Part shown: piece after piece, positions 1 to 12,313 of the stretch | Layout: each line of letters opens with the position of its first letter | Numbering within the stretch: the stretch's first letter is position 1 | Sequence record: NZ_CP020429.2 | Length of the DNA: 64,000 nt | DNA from: a plasmid | Strand: one strand, 5' to 3' | Program-made: the position numbers and the translations under genes | Notes under the pieces: model-generated | Told to the model about the DNA's origin: nothing | Seen by the model: the letters and a program-made list of their open reading frames with translations, nothing else | The model's database searches: none

Positions 1-3000
1 TCCAACTAATGTAAGAAGGCCTCCAACCTCTATTGCGACTTCAGAATTATTGTCACCAGTTTTAGGAAGTTCTTGTTCTTTTAAATCCTCATAAACTACT
101 GGAGTAAGCGAAGTGACTGATTTCACTGTTTGAACTTCTGGAGTCGGTGGGATAGGAGGTGTTACCGGTGGAACTATTGGTGTTGGTGGAGTTGGTGGGG
201 TTACTGGCGGAACAACAGGTGTTGGTGGAGTTGGTGGGGTTACTTTATTGTTAAATTCTGTATCTGCTGGTAATTCAGTAGTAGCGATTAACACTCTTCC
301 ATCTTTCTTCACTTTGATTCCAACAGTAGCAATCATGTGGTCATACTCGATACCAGCTTCGGTACCTTTTACTTCTTCTACATGATAGATGTAAGTCCCT
401 TCTTCACCATTTTTAAATGTAAGTGCTGAAAATTTAATCTTACCAGATGCATCGTTCGCTACTGTTTCGATTATATTTCCTTTTTCATCCTTCAAAACAA
501 AGCTAAATTCTCCAGCTTTCAACTCACGACCCTCTAATTTCTTAGTGAAGTTGAACTGTACTGTCACTGGCGCTACCGCATAGTTGTTAAACTCGCTATC
601 CGCTGGCATAACAACATTGGCTGTCAAGATACCTGTTGTGGCGTCTTTGGTGACCTTAACTGTCACTTCGGCGTTCATCGTATCGTAGTCAATATCTGTA
701 TCTGCGCCTGCCACTTCACGAACAGTGTAGGTATGTGTACCTTCTTTATCATATGAAATAGCGTCAAATTGGATCGTACCGTCAGCCGCATTCTTCTTCG
801 TTTGAAGCACTTGACCGTTTTCTAGCAACTCGAAGGTGAAGGCATCTGCCACAAGGGCTTTGCCTTCAAGTTTCTTCGTGAACTTGAATTGGGCACTGGT
901 TGCCGCTGGGGTAAACGTATTATCGAACTCTGTATCTGTTGGAAGAGCTTTAGTCGCTGTAAGGGTATGACCATCTTTCGTGACAGTAACTGTTACCTCT
1001 GCCTTCATTGGGTCATAACTCATTCCGGCTTCTGAACCTGCGACTTCTTCTACAGTGTACTTATGAACACCAACTTCATTATTCTTATAAGTGAGTGCAT
1101 CAAAGGCTACTTTACCTGAAGCATCATTGGTCTTCGTTTGGAGAACTTGACCGCTCGCATCTTTCAAGACAAAACTGAACTCGCCATCTTTTAGAGTGCG
1201 TCCGGAAAGAACTTTACTAAAGTCAAATTGCGCTGTCACTGGCGCTACCGCATAGTTGTTAAACTCGCTATCTGTTGGCATAACAACATTGGCTGTCAAG
1301 ATACCAGTTGTGGCGTCTTTTGTGACCTTAACTGTCACTTCGGCGTTCATCGTATCGTAGTCAATATCTGTATCTGTGCCGGCTACTTCACGAACAGTGT
1401 AGGTATGTGTACCTTCTTTATCATATGAAATAGCGTCAAATTGGATTGTGCCGTCTGCCCCATTCTTCTTCGTTTGAAGCACTTGACCGTTTTCAAGCAA
1501 CTCGAAGGTGAAGGCATCTGCCACAAGGGCTTTACCTTCAAGTTTCTTCGTGAACTTGAATTGGGCACTGGTTGCCGCTGGGGTGAACGTATTATCGAAC
1601 TCTGTATCTGTTGGAAGAGCTTTGGTCGCTGTAAGGGTATGACCATCTTTCGTGACAGTAACTGTTACCTCTGCCTTCATTGGGTCATAACTCATTCCTG
1701 ATTCTGAACCTGCGACTTCTTCTACAGTGTACTTATGCACGCCAACTTCATTATTCTTATAAGTGAGTGCATCGAATGAAACTTTTCCATCGGCTCCATT
1801 CTTCTTCGTTTGAAGTACTTTACCAGTCGCATCTTTCAAGACAAAATTGAACTCTCCATCTTTTAGAGTGCGTCCGGAAAGAACTTTACTAAAGTCAAAT
1901 TGCGCTGTCACTGGGGCTACCGCATAGTTGTTAAACTCGCTATCTGTTGGCATAGTGACATTGGCTGTCAAGATACCTGTTGTGGCGTCTTTGGTGACCT
2001 TAACTGTCACTTCGGCGTTCATCGTATCGTAGTCAATATCTGTATCTGTGCCTGCCACTTCACGAACAGTGTAGGTATGTGTACCTTCTTTATCATATGA
2101 AATAGCGTCAAATTGGATTGTACCGTCAGCCGCATTCTTCTTCGTTTGAAGCACTTGACCGTTTTCTAGCAACTCGAAGGTGAAGGCATCTGCCACAAGG
2201 GCTTTGCCTTCAAGTTTCTTCGTGAACTTGAATTGGGCGCTGGTTGCCGCTGGGGTGAACGTATTATCGAACTCTGTATCTGTTGGAAGAGCTTTAGTCG
2301 CTGTAAGGGTATGACCATCTTTCGTGACAGTAACTGTTACCTCTGCCTTCATTGGGTCATAACTCATTCCGGCTTCTGAACCTGCGACTTCTTCTACAGT
2401 GTACTTATGAATACCAACCTCATTATTCTTATAAGTGAGGGCATCGAAGGCTACTTTACCTGAAGCATCATTGGTCTTCGTTTGAAGTACTTTACCAGTC
2501 GCATCTTTCAAGACAAAACTGAACTCGCCATCTTTTAGAGTGCGTCCTGACAAGACTTTACTAAAGTCAAATTGCGCTGTCACTGGCGCTACCGCATAGT
2601 TGTTAAACTCACTATCCGCTGGCATTACAACATTGGCTGTCAAGATACCTGTTGTGGCGTCTTTTGTGACCTTAACTGTCACTTCGGCGTTCATCGTATC
2701 GTAGTCAATATCTGTATCTGTTCCGGCTACTTCACGAACAGTGTAGGTATGTGTACCTTCTTTATCGTATGAAATAGCGTCAAATTGGATCGTGCCGTCT
2801 GCCCCATTCTTCTTCGTTTGGAGAACTTGACCGTTTTCTAGCAACTCGAAGCTGAAGGCATCTGCCACAAGGGCTTTGCCTTCAAGTTTCTTCGTGAACT
2901 TGAATTGGGCACTGGTTGCCGCTGGGGTGAACGTATTATCGAACTCTGTATCTGTTGGAAGAGCTTTAGTCGCTGTAAGGGTATGACCATCTTTCGTGAC

Positions 3001-6000
3001 AGTAACTGTTACCTCTGCCTTCATTGGGTCATAACTCATTCCGGCTTCTGAACCTGCGACTTCTTCTACAGTGTACTTATGAATACCAACCTCATTATTC
3101 TTATAAGTGAGGGCATCGAAGGCTACTTTACCTGAAGCATCATTGGTCTTCGTTTGAAGTACTTTACCAGTCGCATCTTTCAAGACAAAACTGAACTCGC
3201 CATCTTTTAGAGTGCGTCCTGACAAGACTTTACTAAAGTCAAATTGCGCTGTCACTGGCGCTACCGCATAGTTGTTAAACTCGCTATCTGTTGGCATAAC
3301 AACATTGGCTGTCAAGATACCTGTGGCTGCGTCTTTTGTGACCTTAACTGTCACTTCGGCGTTCATCGTATCGTAGTCAATATCTGTATCTGTTCCGGCC
3401 ACTTCACGAACAGTGTAGGTATGTGTACCTTCTTTATCATATGAAATAGCGTCAAATTGGATCGTGCCGTCTGCCCCATTCTTCTTCGTTTGGAGAACTT
3501 GACCGTTTTCTAGCAACTCGAAGCTGAAAGCATCTGACTCTAGGGTTTTGCCTTCAAGTTTCTTCGTGAACTTGAATTGGGCGCTGGTTGCCGCTGGGGT
3601 GAAAGCATTATTAAATTCAGTATCTGTTGGAAGTGCTTTTGTGGCAGTAAGGGTATGACCATCTTTCGTGACAGTAACTGTTACCTCTGCCTTCATTGGG
3701 TCATAACTCATTCCGGCTTCTGAACCTGCGACTTCTTCTACAGTGTACTTATGAACACCAACCTCATTATTCTTATAAGTGAGTGCATCGAATGAAACTT
3801 TGCCATCGGCTCCATTCTTCTTCGTTTGAAGTACTTTACCAGTCGCATCTTTCAAGACAAAATTGAACTCACCGTCTTTAAGAGTGCGTCCGGAAAGAAC
3901 TTTACTAAAGTCAAATTGCGCTGTCACTGGGGCTACCGCATAGTTGTTAAAGGTCTTGTCATCTGTACCAGTTGCTTCGCCACCTGTTGAGGTTATTTCT
4001 GTTTTTGCTGTTAACAGACCTGTTTCCTCATCTTTCGATACAGTTACTTTCACTGCAATCGTCATATCATCGTAGTCTACATCTGGTTTATCACCCTTCA
4101 CCTCTTTTACTGTGTAGTTGAAAACACCAACATGATCAAATGATAAGTCACTGAAAGTAATTTTCCCATCAGCTTTGTTAGTAACTGTTTCATTAACATT
4201 GTTATCACCAATAAGTGTAAAGCTGAAATCCCCCGCATTTAGACTACCATTGGATAGGACTTTGTTAAATTCTAGACCTACTTTTACTGGGGAAGGAGTA
4301 TAGGTGTTATTGAATTCTGTGTCCGTTGGCATAATTGTATGAGCTATGTACGAATTACCATCTTCATCTACTGTGATACTCACTTCTGCTTTCATTGCAT
4401 CGTAGTTAATACCTGCTTCCGTACCTGGTACTTCTTCAACCGTATAGTGATAAACACCAGCATGGTTAAATAACTGTGGAATAAAAGTAATATGGCCAAA
4501 ACTATCATTTTTTTGTGTATCAACCACATTACCACTTTGGTCAACTAGATTAAAGGTGAACTCACCAGCCGTTAACTTTCTTCCTTCAAGACGTTTTGTA
4601 AACGCTAAATCAACCCTTGCTGGTTGTTTTGCCTTTGAAGCTGAACCTGAACCACCTGCTTTAAATGCAAAAGTTGCTTGGTAACTTTGTTCTTCACCAG
4701 TGTTGTAAGTGATTTTGATATTATTACCGTGTTTTTCTTGCAACTCCTTATTGGTATTAGGTACATTTTTTAATCGCGTCATATAGCGAACATAAACAAG
4801 CTCATTCAATTGCGCTATCTTAAAAGAAAAACCAGTTGGGCTTTCTTTGATATTTTCCAATAATTGAATTGCATTACCTTTGGAAACCCATGGAGTAATT
4901 GACTGAACTCTTTCAGCTCTAAGAGCTTTACCGTTCCATAAATCTACATTATCTGAAGGAATAGATGTCGCATGTCCTAAACGCCAAGTTTCTTTCGTTT
5001 TAGTATCAAATTCATCCAAAACAGGATCCCCATCTTGAACTAGGACTTGGTCATCTGGAAGCGTATCAATTAGTTGGTAATTTGTCAAAACTTGAGGAGC
5101 TACCAAACTACCTGAGTTTAGACGGATAGTCCATCTGATTAGTTCAGGATGACCAGTTACCGCTTCACCATATTTTGTTACCTTTGTTTTTTCTACCGGT
5201 ACAGGGGCACTCTCCGGACCTACTGTTACTGTAATTTTTCGTCCACTAAAATTGAGTTCTGTTGGAACATTTGGTTTAACATATGATTTCCAACCGGTAC
5301 TAAAGGTTAAGGTAAATTGTTTTGCAATTTTGTTTTTCTCATAGTAATCTGTAAAAGTAGTTATCACTTTATTACTGATTGAATCTAGAAAAGCATTACC
5401 TATTATTTCACCACTAGGACCAGTTACATCATAATGCAAACTTGTAGGAATTCTAATTGAATCGGGAATATCAACAACGATTTTATCATTTTGTTTTATC
5501 TCTAACTCATCAGGTAGTTCCATATGAATGACTGTTTCCGCAGGAGCATATAGACTGTTCCCATTTGGAAAATTGACTTCAACATTAGGATTTTTCACAG
5601 TAATTGTGTCACCTGTTTTGGAAAAGGTTGTTTTACTATCTTCAGTTGATGAGGTAGCTTCCCTTTTAGCTCTGCGTCGTTCATTTGAAGGGTGGTTATC
5701 AACTTTCTCTTCTTCAATCACTTGCGAAGAATTTGTTGTTACCGGTTCCGAAGGTACTGAATTCAACTCCTTTATTTGAACACCTTCTTCATTTTTGGCC
5801 ACCGGAGTATTTTGTTGAATGTCATTTACTTCTACTTTAGCATTATCATTAGTATTAGTAGGTGCTACTGTTGCGTTATTTTGTTGACCTTCATTAGACG
5901 CTATTTTAGAGACGTTATTCTGTTCAACGTTACTTTCTTGAACACTGTTAACTTGGTTTTCATTCAATTTCGCCGTAAAAGAAGATTGAACCTCAGTGGT

Positions 6001-6125
6001 AGCGCTTACTTCATCTGCCTGAACACTGGTTGCTCCCATCACAAAAATGGCTGTTCCCAGAAGCACAGAAGCAACCCCAAAGTTAAACTTCCTGATTGAG
6101 AAACGTTGTGATTCTTTTTTTCCCA
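1..6125 (-). CDS. LPXTG-anchored giant surface adhesin. It has a YSIRK signal peptide, an MSCRAMM-like N2N3 domain and tandem SpaA/CnaB-type Ig repeats. The C-terminal tail is truncated by the window edge.
   Basis: The reverse complement from 6125 reads MGKKESQRFSIRKFNFGVASVLLGTAIFVMGATSVQADE, a YSIRK-G/S signal peptide. An N-terminal 'VITTFTDYYEKN' matches the MSCRAMM N2 TYTFTDYVD motif. The repeat units read GEFSFVLKD..GKV.FD.L.Y...G.HKYTV.EVAG...GM.YD...A.VTVTVTKDG, with PTDTEF linkers. A Pro-rich PTPPTPPTP stalk follows. The reverse complement of 49-63 is LPKTG followed by a hydrophobic tail. Confidence 0.85.
230..3960 (-). repeat. About 5.5 near-identical tandem copies of a 672-bp unit, each made of two roughly 336-bp sub-repeats, inside the adhesin gene.
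   Basis: The motif gtcactggcgctaccgcatagttgttaaactcgctatc recurs at 563, 1236, 1908, 2580, 3252 and 3924. The motif cactggttgccgctggggtgaacgtattatcgaactctgtatc recurs at 895, 1567, 2239, 2911 and 3583. The tracked plus-strand ORFs at 1228, 1900, 2572 and 3244 are antisense artefacts of this periodicity. Confidence 0.9.
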
Positions 6126-7300
6126 TAATACAAATTTCCTTTTAATATAATCTTAACACCTAAATTCTAGCACTTTTAACTTTTCTGTCAATGGAATATT
6201 CTGAATTATTTATAATTTTTACACTTATTTTCTTTATGTGAAATATATTATAATAAACCATTAATTCTAAAGCCATATATATGGATATTATTAACATTAT
6301 TTTTTCTTATAATATAATTTTAAACACATATATTAGAGATCCGGAAGTAGGAATAAGAATGATAAGGTTTTACAATCTAAATTTTACTCTGGAATCTAAT
6401 CATTTTTTATAGCAAACTAGTATGAAGAGTTAAAATAGCAATACTCTTCTCTAGATTTTAAATAGAGTTTAACTTTTTTCTTTCCCTAAACTAAACCCTT
6501 TGAAAATATACGAATTTTGACATAAGAAAAAACGCAAGAGTAGCTCCTACGTTTTTCTGCAATAATATTCCACAGTTTACCCATCTACCTTGGGAGATGA
6601 TACATAGATAAACTATCTAAGAAGTAATATAGCACAATATAATTTAAATGACAATCGTCATACAATCTAATTCTATTATTTTCTCGTATGCATAGTAATT
6701 ATTTAGCCACTTTAATTTAATTATCAATTCATCATCAGAATCTAAAATGTTGTTAGATTACTGAATACGAACGGCTTTGAGGCATTCCTAATTACAATTT
6801 TACTTGTCTCAGAAAATTTTTAGCTTAATCTGAAATGTTATCTTACCTAAGTTGAGAATTTGACTTTTAACAAAACTTGTTGAAAAATTCTAATCGCACT
6901 GTTATAATCTCAGTAGTAGACACATACATCAAACTATGAATTAATCTTCCCTTTGTCTCTAATTAGCTTCTATCATAGAGACTTCACTCTAACATTCTTA
7001 CTTACATAATACTCTTGTATGAACGTCTACTGCTAACTAGGGTTCCCCCCTAGTTTTTATTTTGTTCTAAACAAATATCTTGCCTGTAAGCTGGTACACT
7101 AAACTTAAACCAACTCACTTTAAATACTGGAAAAACGATTAGATAATCAGCATATCTCTAAAGAAATCAGAGAAAAAGACCATAGAAAACAAATAGTTGG
7201 ACAAGATGAACGACCAACCAAAAGAGTCAGTATTTATGCTAGAGTCGATGCACAAGGGTTTGAACTATCAGAGGTCCCAGTCGACTGTCTTGATTACCCA

Positions 7301-7579
7301 GTGCCTATTCCGGTATATGATATTGAGTCTAAAGTTGTTGGCGATTCACTTCAACCTAGTTTTTTTGATGATGAAGTAATGTTTGTCATCAATGACTCCA
7401 TCCTTCGAACAGGTGATATCTGCATCGTGCAGCTAAATTGTCAGTACTACGTAATGAAGGTGAGTCAAAATAGAGATAATGGTGACATTCTTCTAAACTC
7501 ACTAAATTCTAGCGAGGTACCAAATACCCTTTCTGAAAAGGACGACTTCACCATCTTTGGTAAGGTTGTACTTATGTAG
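7301..7579 (+). pseudogene. Remnant of an S24 (LexA/CI-like) peptidase C-terminal domain. It has no HTH N-terminal domain.
   Basis: The segment GDSLQPSFFDDEVMFV...GDICIVQLNCQYYVMKV resembles the S24 GDSM.P...GD.V.V core. It is only 92 aa long, with another overlapping short ORF. Confidence 0.4.
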
Positions 7580-7653
7580 CTTTGGTTTTATTGCGATTAT
7601 ATTTATTGCTCAATGAACAACAAAAAGACTAACCTATGGTTAATCTCAGACTA

Positions 7654-7700
7654 AAAAAGAAGCTCTCGGAAGTTTTTCTTCTAAGAGCTTCTTTTGCATT
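7654..7700 (+). terminator. Rho-independent terminator.
   Basis: The hairpin aagaagctct cggaagtttttcttctaag agagcttctt is followed by a ttttgc T-tract. Confidence 0.6.
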
Positions 7701-8142
7701 ATAAGAATAAAAAGTTTCTGTTCTATTCGGCTTTACCAGTGAAATTATAAACATAATTTGCTGATTAAAGAATATTCTTTTCGTTTATCAAGAAAAGATG
7801 ACATTATAATAGACACAGCCACTAAGACTATTGAAGCAATAAAGAAAAGAGTTAATGTAAAATTTGCTTGTAACTTAAATCTTCTGGAAAGTAAAATGAA
7901 TGAATTTAAAAAATAAAACAGGGGTCGGCGTATGCTGATCCACCGTTTTTATTTATTCTATTTATATCTCTAAAATGGTACTAGACTACGAATTTTTATA
8001 CTGGTAGAGCGATTTTGAGCGTTTTTCAGATTCACAGATTGATAAGGATAAACAAGAAAAGCTTACAACCGCAATGGTTTTTGGGATTTTTCTTATGTTT
8101 TACTATTTTCCGAAAAAAAAGAACAATTTTTCGGAAAGTCAT

Positions 8143-8472
8143 TTATTTATCAAAATATGGAAAGACCCGTGATTGTAACTCTTTTAAGAGGAGAGCATAT
8201 TCTTCAAGCTGGCTAGGTGTATATTTCTTAATGACCCAATAATCACGTGAATATTTTTTGTCAGTAAAATCATTTCTCCAAATTTCTTTTAGACCATCTG
8301 GAGCTAAATCAATTGTAGTCGCACCTTGTCCAATCTTTTCAAGCGCTTCTTCCGTTGCTTCTTTTGTCCAAGTATCACGAACGTGATAACGCCAAGCAGT
8401 TTGACCACAATCCGAAAATATTGAGACTTGTAATTCTCCAACCTCTTTGAGTAGTTGTTCTTTTGTTGTCAT
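8143..8472 (-). CDS. Hypothetical protein, 109 aa.
   Basis: A six-frame ORF with no recognisable motifs. Confidence 0.4.
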   Translation of the reverse strand: MTTKEQLLKEVGELQVSIFSDCGQTAWRYHVRDTWTKEATEEALEKIGQGATTIDLAPDGLKEIWRNDFTDKKYSRDYWVIKKYTPSQLEEYALLLKELQSRVFPYFDK

Positions 8473-8619
8473 GGTAAATTACCTATAGGTTGAAAACCTG
8501 TCCTTTCTAAATATTTTATACTACTAGTATAAGGCTTTTGAATATAAAAAACTAACCAAATTGTTAATAATTTAAAATTAAAAAACCTTGTTTTGTAACG
8601 CTTTTTAGCATAAAATATA

Positions 8620-9423
8620 ATGAAAACTAACCAAATTGGAGACTTTATGGAACTTACATTTGATTTGAATAGAATAGTAAGCGGAGATATTAGGGTATTA
8701 GTTCCATCTGATTACTTGAAATTACATAACGACCCCACAAGAAAAAATTGGGAACTTTTTTTTAAGCCACATCAATTAGAAAAAGTGTTCCATTCATCTT
8801 TCTCTGTTACCTCATCGCAATTACGGAAATTTTTGAAGGATACATTTGGCATTCCATTTAAAGTGGAGGATACGGGAAATAATTCAAACCGAAATAGATT
8901 AAACGAAATGATAAAAGAAGTAGCTCCTACACATAGAGGAAAAACAACTACGTTAAATTTCTACCAATATCGAAAACTAATTCTATCTGATAAATTTAAC
9001 CGATTCATATTGAGTAAACACAATGAATGGGTAGTAGACGACCAAGTGAAAATGTACAATGAAATAATGTACCTACAAGTCAATAAATTCAAAGAATCAG
9101 CCTTATACCAAGAACAAAAAAAGAAAGACATTATATACTATGCCAATGCTTTATCCCTAATAGAGGGATTTGACCAAGTTCTAAAAGAATATTACTCTAT
9201 GTTCTTAGACCTATGTCATAATCAAGAAGTCTACTATGGAGACATCTACGCACCAGATGAAGTAAAACAAATGCTAGATATTATTTCTTATCGTTTTAGA
9301 CAAAAATCTCCATTAGTTTACAAGTTTGATTCTCATGATGATGTGTACAGTACAGATAAAAATAAGATTATTGAATGGTTTTTGCAAGATGTCGACAGAT
9401 GGGCAAATGATGAAATAAAATAG
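8620..9423 (+). CDS. Hypothetical protein, 267 aa.
   Basis: An ORF with an upstream AT-rich promoter region and no recognisable motifs. Confidence 0.4.
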   Translation: MKTNQIGDFMELTFDLNRIVSGDIRVLVPSDYLKLHNDPTRKNWELFFKPHQLEKVFHSSFSVTSSQLRKFLKDTFGIPFKVEDTGNNSNRNRLNEMIKEVAPTHRGKTTTLNFYQYRKLILSDKFNRFILSKHNEWVVDDQVKMYNEIMYLQVNKFKESALYQEQKKKDIIYYANALSLIEGFDQVLKEYYSMFLDLCHNQEVYYGDIYAPDEVKQMLDIISYRFRQKSPLVYKFDSHDDVYSTDKNKIIEWFLQDVDRWANDEIK

Positions 9424-9665
9424 GCGATACTGATCGCCTATTTTTCTTATTAAAAATTGTAGTCATCCTCAAACTTATACTAAAGTATAGCAAAAAACAC
9501 CCTATTTTCTAGTTTACCAGATTTCAACAGGAAAGTTTTCTTGTGTCTCATTTTATGGGTGCAGTGCCATGAATCTAAGAGATTTTTTTATACCATTTAT
9601 AGCTATTTTGCTATCCAACCTATGGCATCGATAGGTGGATTCAAAAATTTTTAACTTGTTATATA

Positions 9666-12206
9666 TTATCTGTTTTCTATTGATTTTATGTGTTGTTCTC
9701 GTTTAAGGAGTGAATTAGGTTTAAACCCAAATCTTTTTTCTATTCTAGCTTTTTCTTGATAGCTAAAGGAATGCCGTGATACATGATTAACAACCATTAA
9801 ATTCAATATGGTACGAGCTACGTGTGACATATTTTTATTATTTCTATCATTTAAGATAGATTTTTCCGAGAATTGTTTTTCATATTGTAGTTCTAATCCC
9901 CTTTTTATTAATATATAGCTAGGATTAATATTGCTATTTTCCACCATTTCTGAAAAATAATAAGAAATAGGTTCTGAACCAATTGATGAAACAGTTTTCA
10001 TAATTAGTGAATATATAGTAGCAAAATTCATACTCACAAGTATGTCATGAATATCTTTTCTTAGTTTATCCTCATTTAGGTTTTCTGTATCAACTTCTTT
10101 TGAAATAAAGTTCTCTAGAAAAAGTATAAAATCTTTATCGGAGACAATCTGAATAAAAGAGTTAAGAAGTCTTAAATTAGCATCAACTGTATTTTTTAGT
10201 ATTTTATTAAATTCTTTGTTTTTTATTGACCCGTATCTGTTCTTAAGAATTACTCCAATTACTTCTACAGTTTGAATTGCATTTCTAACTTGATTTTGTC
10301 TATGAGCTTGTTTTTTTTCAATTATCTCTGAGTTATCTCTTTCTGAGTATGTATTTTCCTCTAATCTGTCTCGATGCTTCAATTCGGATTTTCGTTTTTC
10401 GTCGAAGTTCTCTATCCTGTAATCAATATTATTAGATAAGTCATTAACTTGTTTATCAAAATCACCCAACTCTACAGAATCAAGTGTTGCTTCTGTATAA
10501 TCACTAAATGTATTCTCTAAGCTAGAGTTTAACATTTCTATTAATCGTTGATCTTTACAATGATGCGCTAGAAAAATACTTATGTGGCCATTCTGTTCTA
10601 AGTCCAGATTCAAAATAATGTCTTTTATGTCATCAAGATGTTCATTAAAGTTATCAGATAGATATTGCCCTAAAAAGTAATAATATAGATACTCATAGCA
10701 AAAACTATAGTTAGAAGAGTTGCTTTTTTTCAACAATCCAGTTTTCATTAGTAAACTTAGATACTCTTCTAGGTCAAAGATTTTATAATCATTTTGATAA
10801 TCTTCTAAAAATAAATTGAATTCCTTATTTGATACTTCTAAGACTTCTTTTTTAAAAAGATACATAGAAAAATAAGACAAAAAGTTTATATAAGACACAA
10901 TCCGATCATTACTTACTCCACAATTTTGAAAAGCTAACTGAATTAGTAAATTATAACAATGACCGTGTGAAGATATAGGAGTATCAAATCTATTGTTAAC
11001 ATCAATTGAAGAACCTAGGATAATTAAAATATACAGAGGAAATGCGGGGATAATACCATTCTTATATCCTCTATCTAAACCCAAACTGATATCAATAAGA
11101 TTTGAATTCTCATCAATTTTCTTTAATTTATCATTTGTGTTTAAATCCCTATAGAGTGATTTTGATTCTATAAACTTTGTTATAAGCTCATTTCTTAAAG
11201 AAGGTTTGAAAGGTTGTATTGTGAATCTTGTTACTGTGAAGTCATTCGAACTAATATCATAAATATCATCAACAAACATAATTAATCCTGCGTACTTGTC
11301 AATTTTTTTAACAGTATTTTGTAATTTTGTCGAAAGTTTATGAAAATCATCAATTATAACAACTATATTTTCTGCTTTATTTTTATGGATAGTTTTATAT
11401 GTTGAAATATATTTGTTGCGAACTGCCTTTTCTATATTTTGAGAATTAATCTCTTTACTTTCTAAATAGATAGGTTGAAAACCGTCACTATATATATCTA
11501 AAAATAATTTTTTTGCAAAAGATGTTTTTCCACTTTGTCTATCGCCTACTATAAAAAATTTATCTAAATAATATTTACTATTCAGTAACTTTTCTGCTGA
11601 AAGATAACTTATATTTTCTTTTCTATCTATTCTTAGTTCTGGATAAGTATACAAATCTGAAAGCTTTAATGTGGAATTAAGAACATTAGAAATTAAACCA
11701 ATCGAATCAAGTTGCGAATGAACTTCTTCTTTTAATTTATCTTGAGGCCAGAGCTCTTCTTTTGAGAGCTTTTCAGATAATCTTATAAAAAGAGAATTTA
11801 ATTGTTCGGATGAATCAAACGACATTTCCTCAAATTCTTTACAGAAAGATTCGTAAGGTAATGTACCAAATTTGTAAGGCAAATCATCTGTTGAGATTTT
11901 GATAGGTATTACTTTATCTAAGAATTTATGTTCTGTTATTTCTTTTATTTCGAAACTCACACCCGAATCGTCTATTTCAGATTTTTCTAAATACGCCTTG
12001 TCACAAATAGATAAAATAACATCGCAATTTCTAATATTTTCAATCATGAATTGATTTAAAGTATTTTTGTTAACAGTATTATCATCATAAATAACTTCTA
12101 AATTTTTTTCTTCTAGTTCGAGCTCAAGTTTACGTATAAAGTCTAATTGTCTCTGACTATAATTCTCATCATCTGACCAGGCATGTGCAATAAAAATTTT
12201 ACTCAT
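9666..12206 (-). CDS. TIR-like domain fused to a P-loop (STAND/AAA-like) NTPase, with a long helical C-terminal region. A candidate antiphage defence protein.
   Basis: The N-terminus MSKIFIAHAWSDDENYSQRQLDFIRKLELELEEKNLEVIYDD...CDVILSICDKAYLEKSE fits the TIR pattern hFISYs.eD...L...L...G..vf.D....G......vvLS..Y..S.wC. A Walker A motif GDRQSGKTSF and a Walker B-like motif VVIIDDFHKL are present. Confidence 0.6.
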   Translation of the reverse strand: MSKIFIAHAWSDDENYSQRQLDFIRKLELELEEKNLEVIYDDNTVNKNTLNQFMIENIRNCDVILSICDKAYLEKSEIDDSGVSFEIKEITEHKFLDKVIPIKISTDDLPYKFGTLPYESFCKEFEEMSFDSSEQLNSLFIRLSEKLSKEELWPQDKLKEEVHSQLDSIGLISNVLNSTLKLSDLYTYPELRIDRKENISYLSAEKLLNSKYYLDKFFIVGDRQSGKTSFAKKLFLDIYSDGFQPIYLESKEINSQNIEKAVRNKYISTYKTIHKNKAENIVVIIDDFHKLSTKLQNTVKKIDKYAGLIMFVDDIYDISSNDFTVTRFTIQPFKPSLRNELITKFIESKSLYRDLNTNDKLKKIDENSNLIDISLGLDRGYKNGIIPAFPLYILIILGSSIDVNNRFDTPISSHGHCYNLLIQLAFQNCGVSNDRIVSYINFLSYFSMYLFKKEVLEVSNKEFNLFLEDYQNDYKIFDLEEYLSLLMKTGLLKKSNSSNYSFCYEYLYYYFLGQYLSDNFNEHLDDIKDIILNLDLEQNGHISIFLAHHCKDQRLIEMLNSSLENTFSDYTEATLDSVELGDFDKQVNDLSNNIDYRIENFDEKRKSELKHRDRLEENTYSERDNSEIIEKKQAHRQNQVRNAIQTVEVIGVILKNRYGSIKNKEFNKILKNTVDANLRLLNSFIQIVSDKDFILFLENFISKEVDTENLNEDKLRKDIHDILVSMNFATIYSLIMKTVSSIGSEPISYYFSEMVENSNINPSYILIKRGLELQYEKQFSEKSILNDRNNKNMSHVARTILNLMVVNHVSRHSFSYQEKARIEKRFGFKPNSLLKREQHIKSIENR

Positions 12207-12313
12207 TTCATTCCCCTTTTGATAAAGTTCTTTATTTTATTATAGCAAAAAACACCCTATTTTCATAAGGTGTTTTCATGCTGCAAAAGTGATATAACAA
12301 TACCCTTCGCATT

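Noticed and set aside
1228-3444. Four 66-aa plus-strand ORFs at 1228, 1900, 2572 and 3244 (MRCHWRYRIVVKL...), and an ORF at 1441..1701.
   Set aside because: They recur with exactly the 672-bp periodicity. They lie antisense within the large minus-strand adhesin gene, whose frame is continuous with a signal peptide and an LPKTG anchor. They are artefacts of the tandem repeats, not genes.
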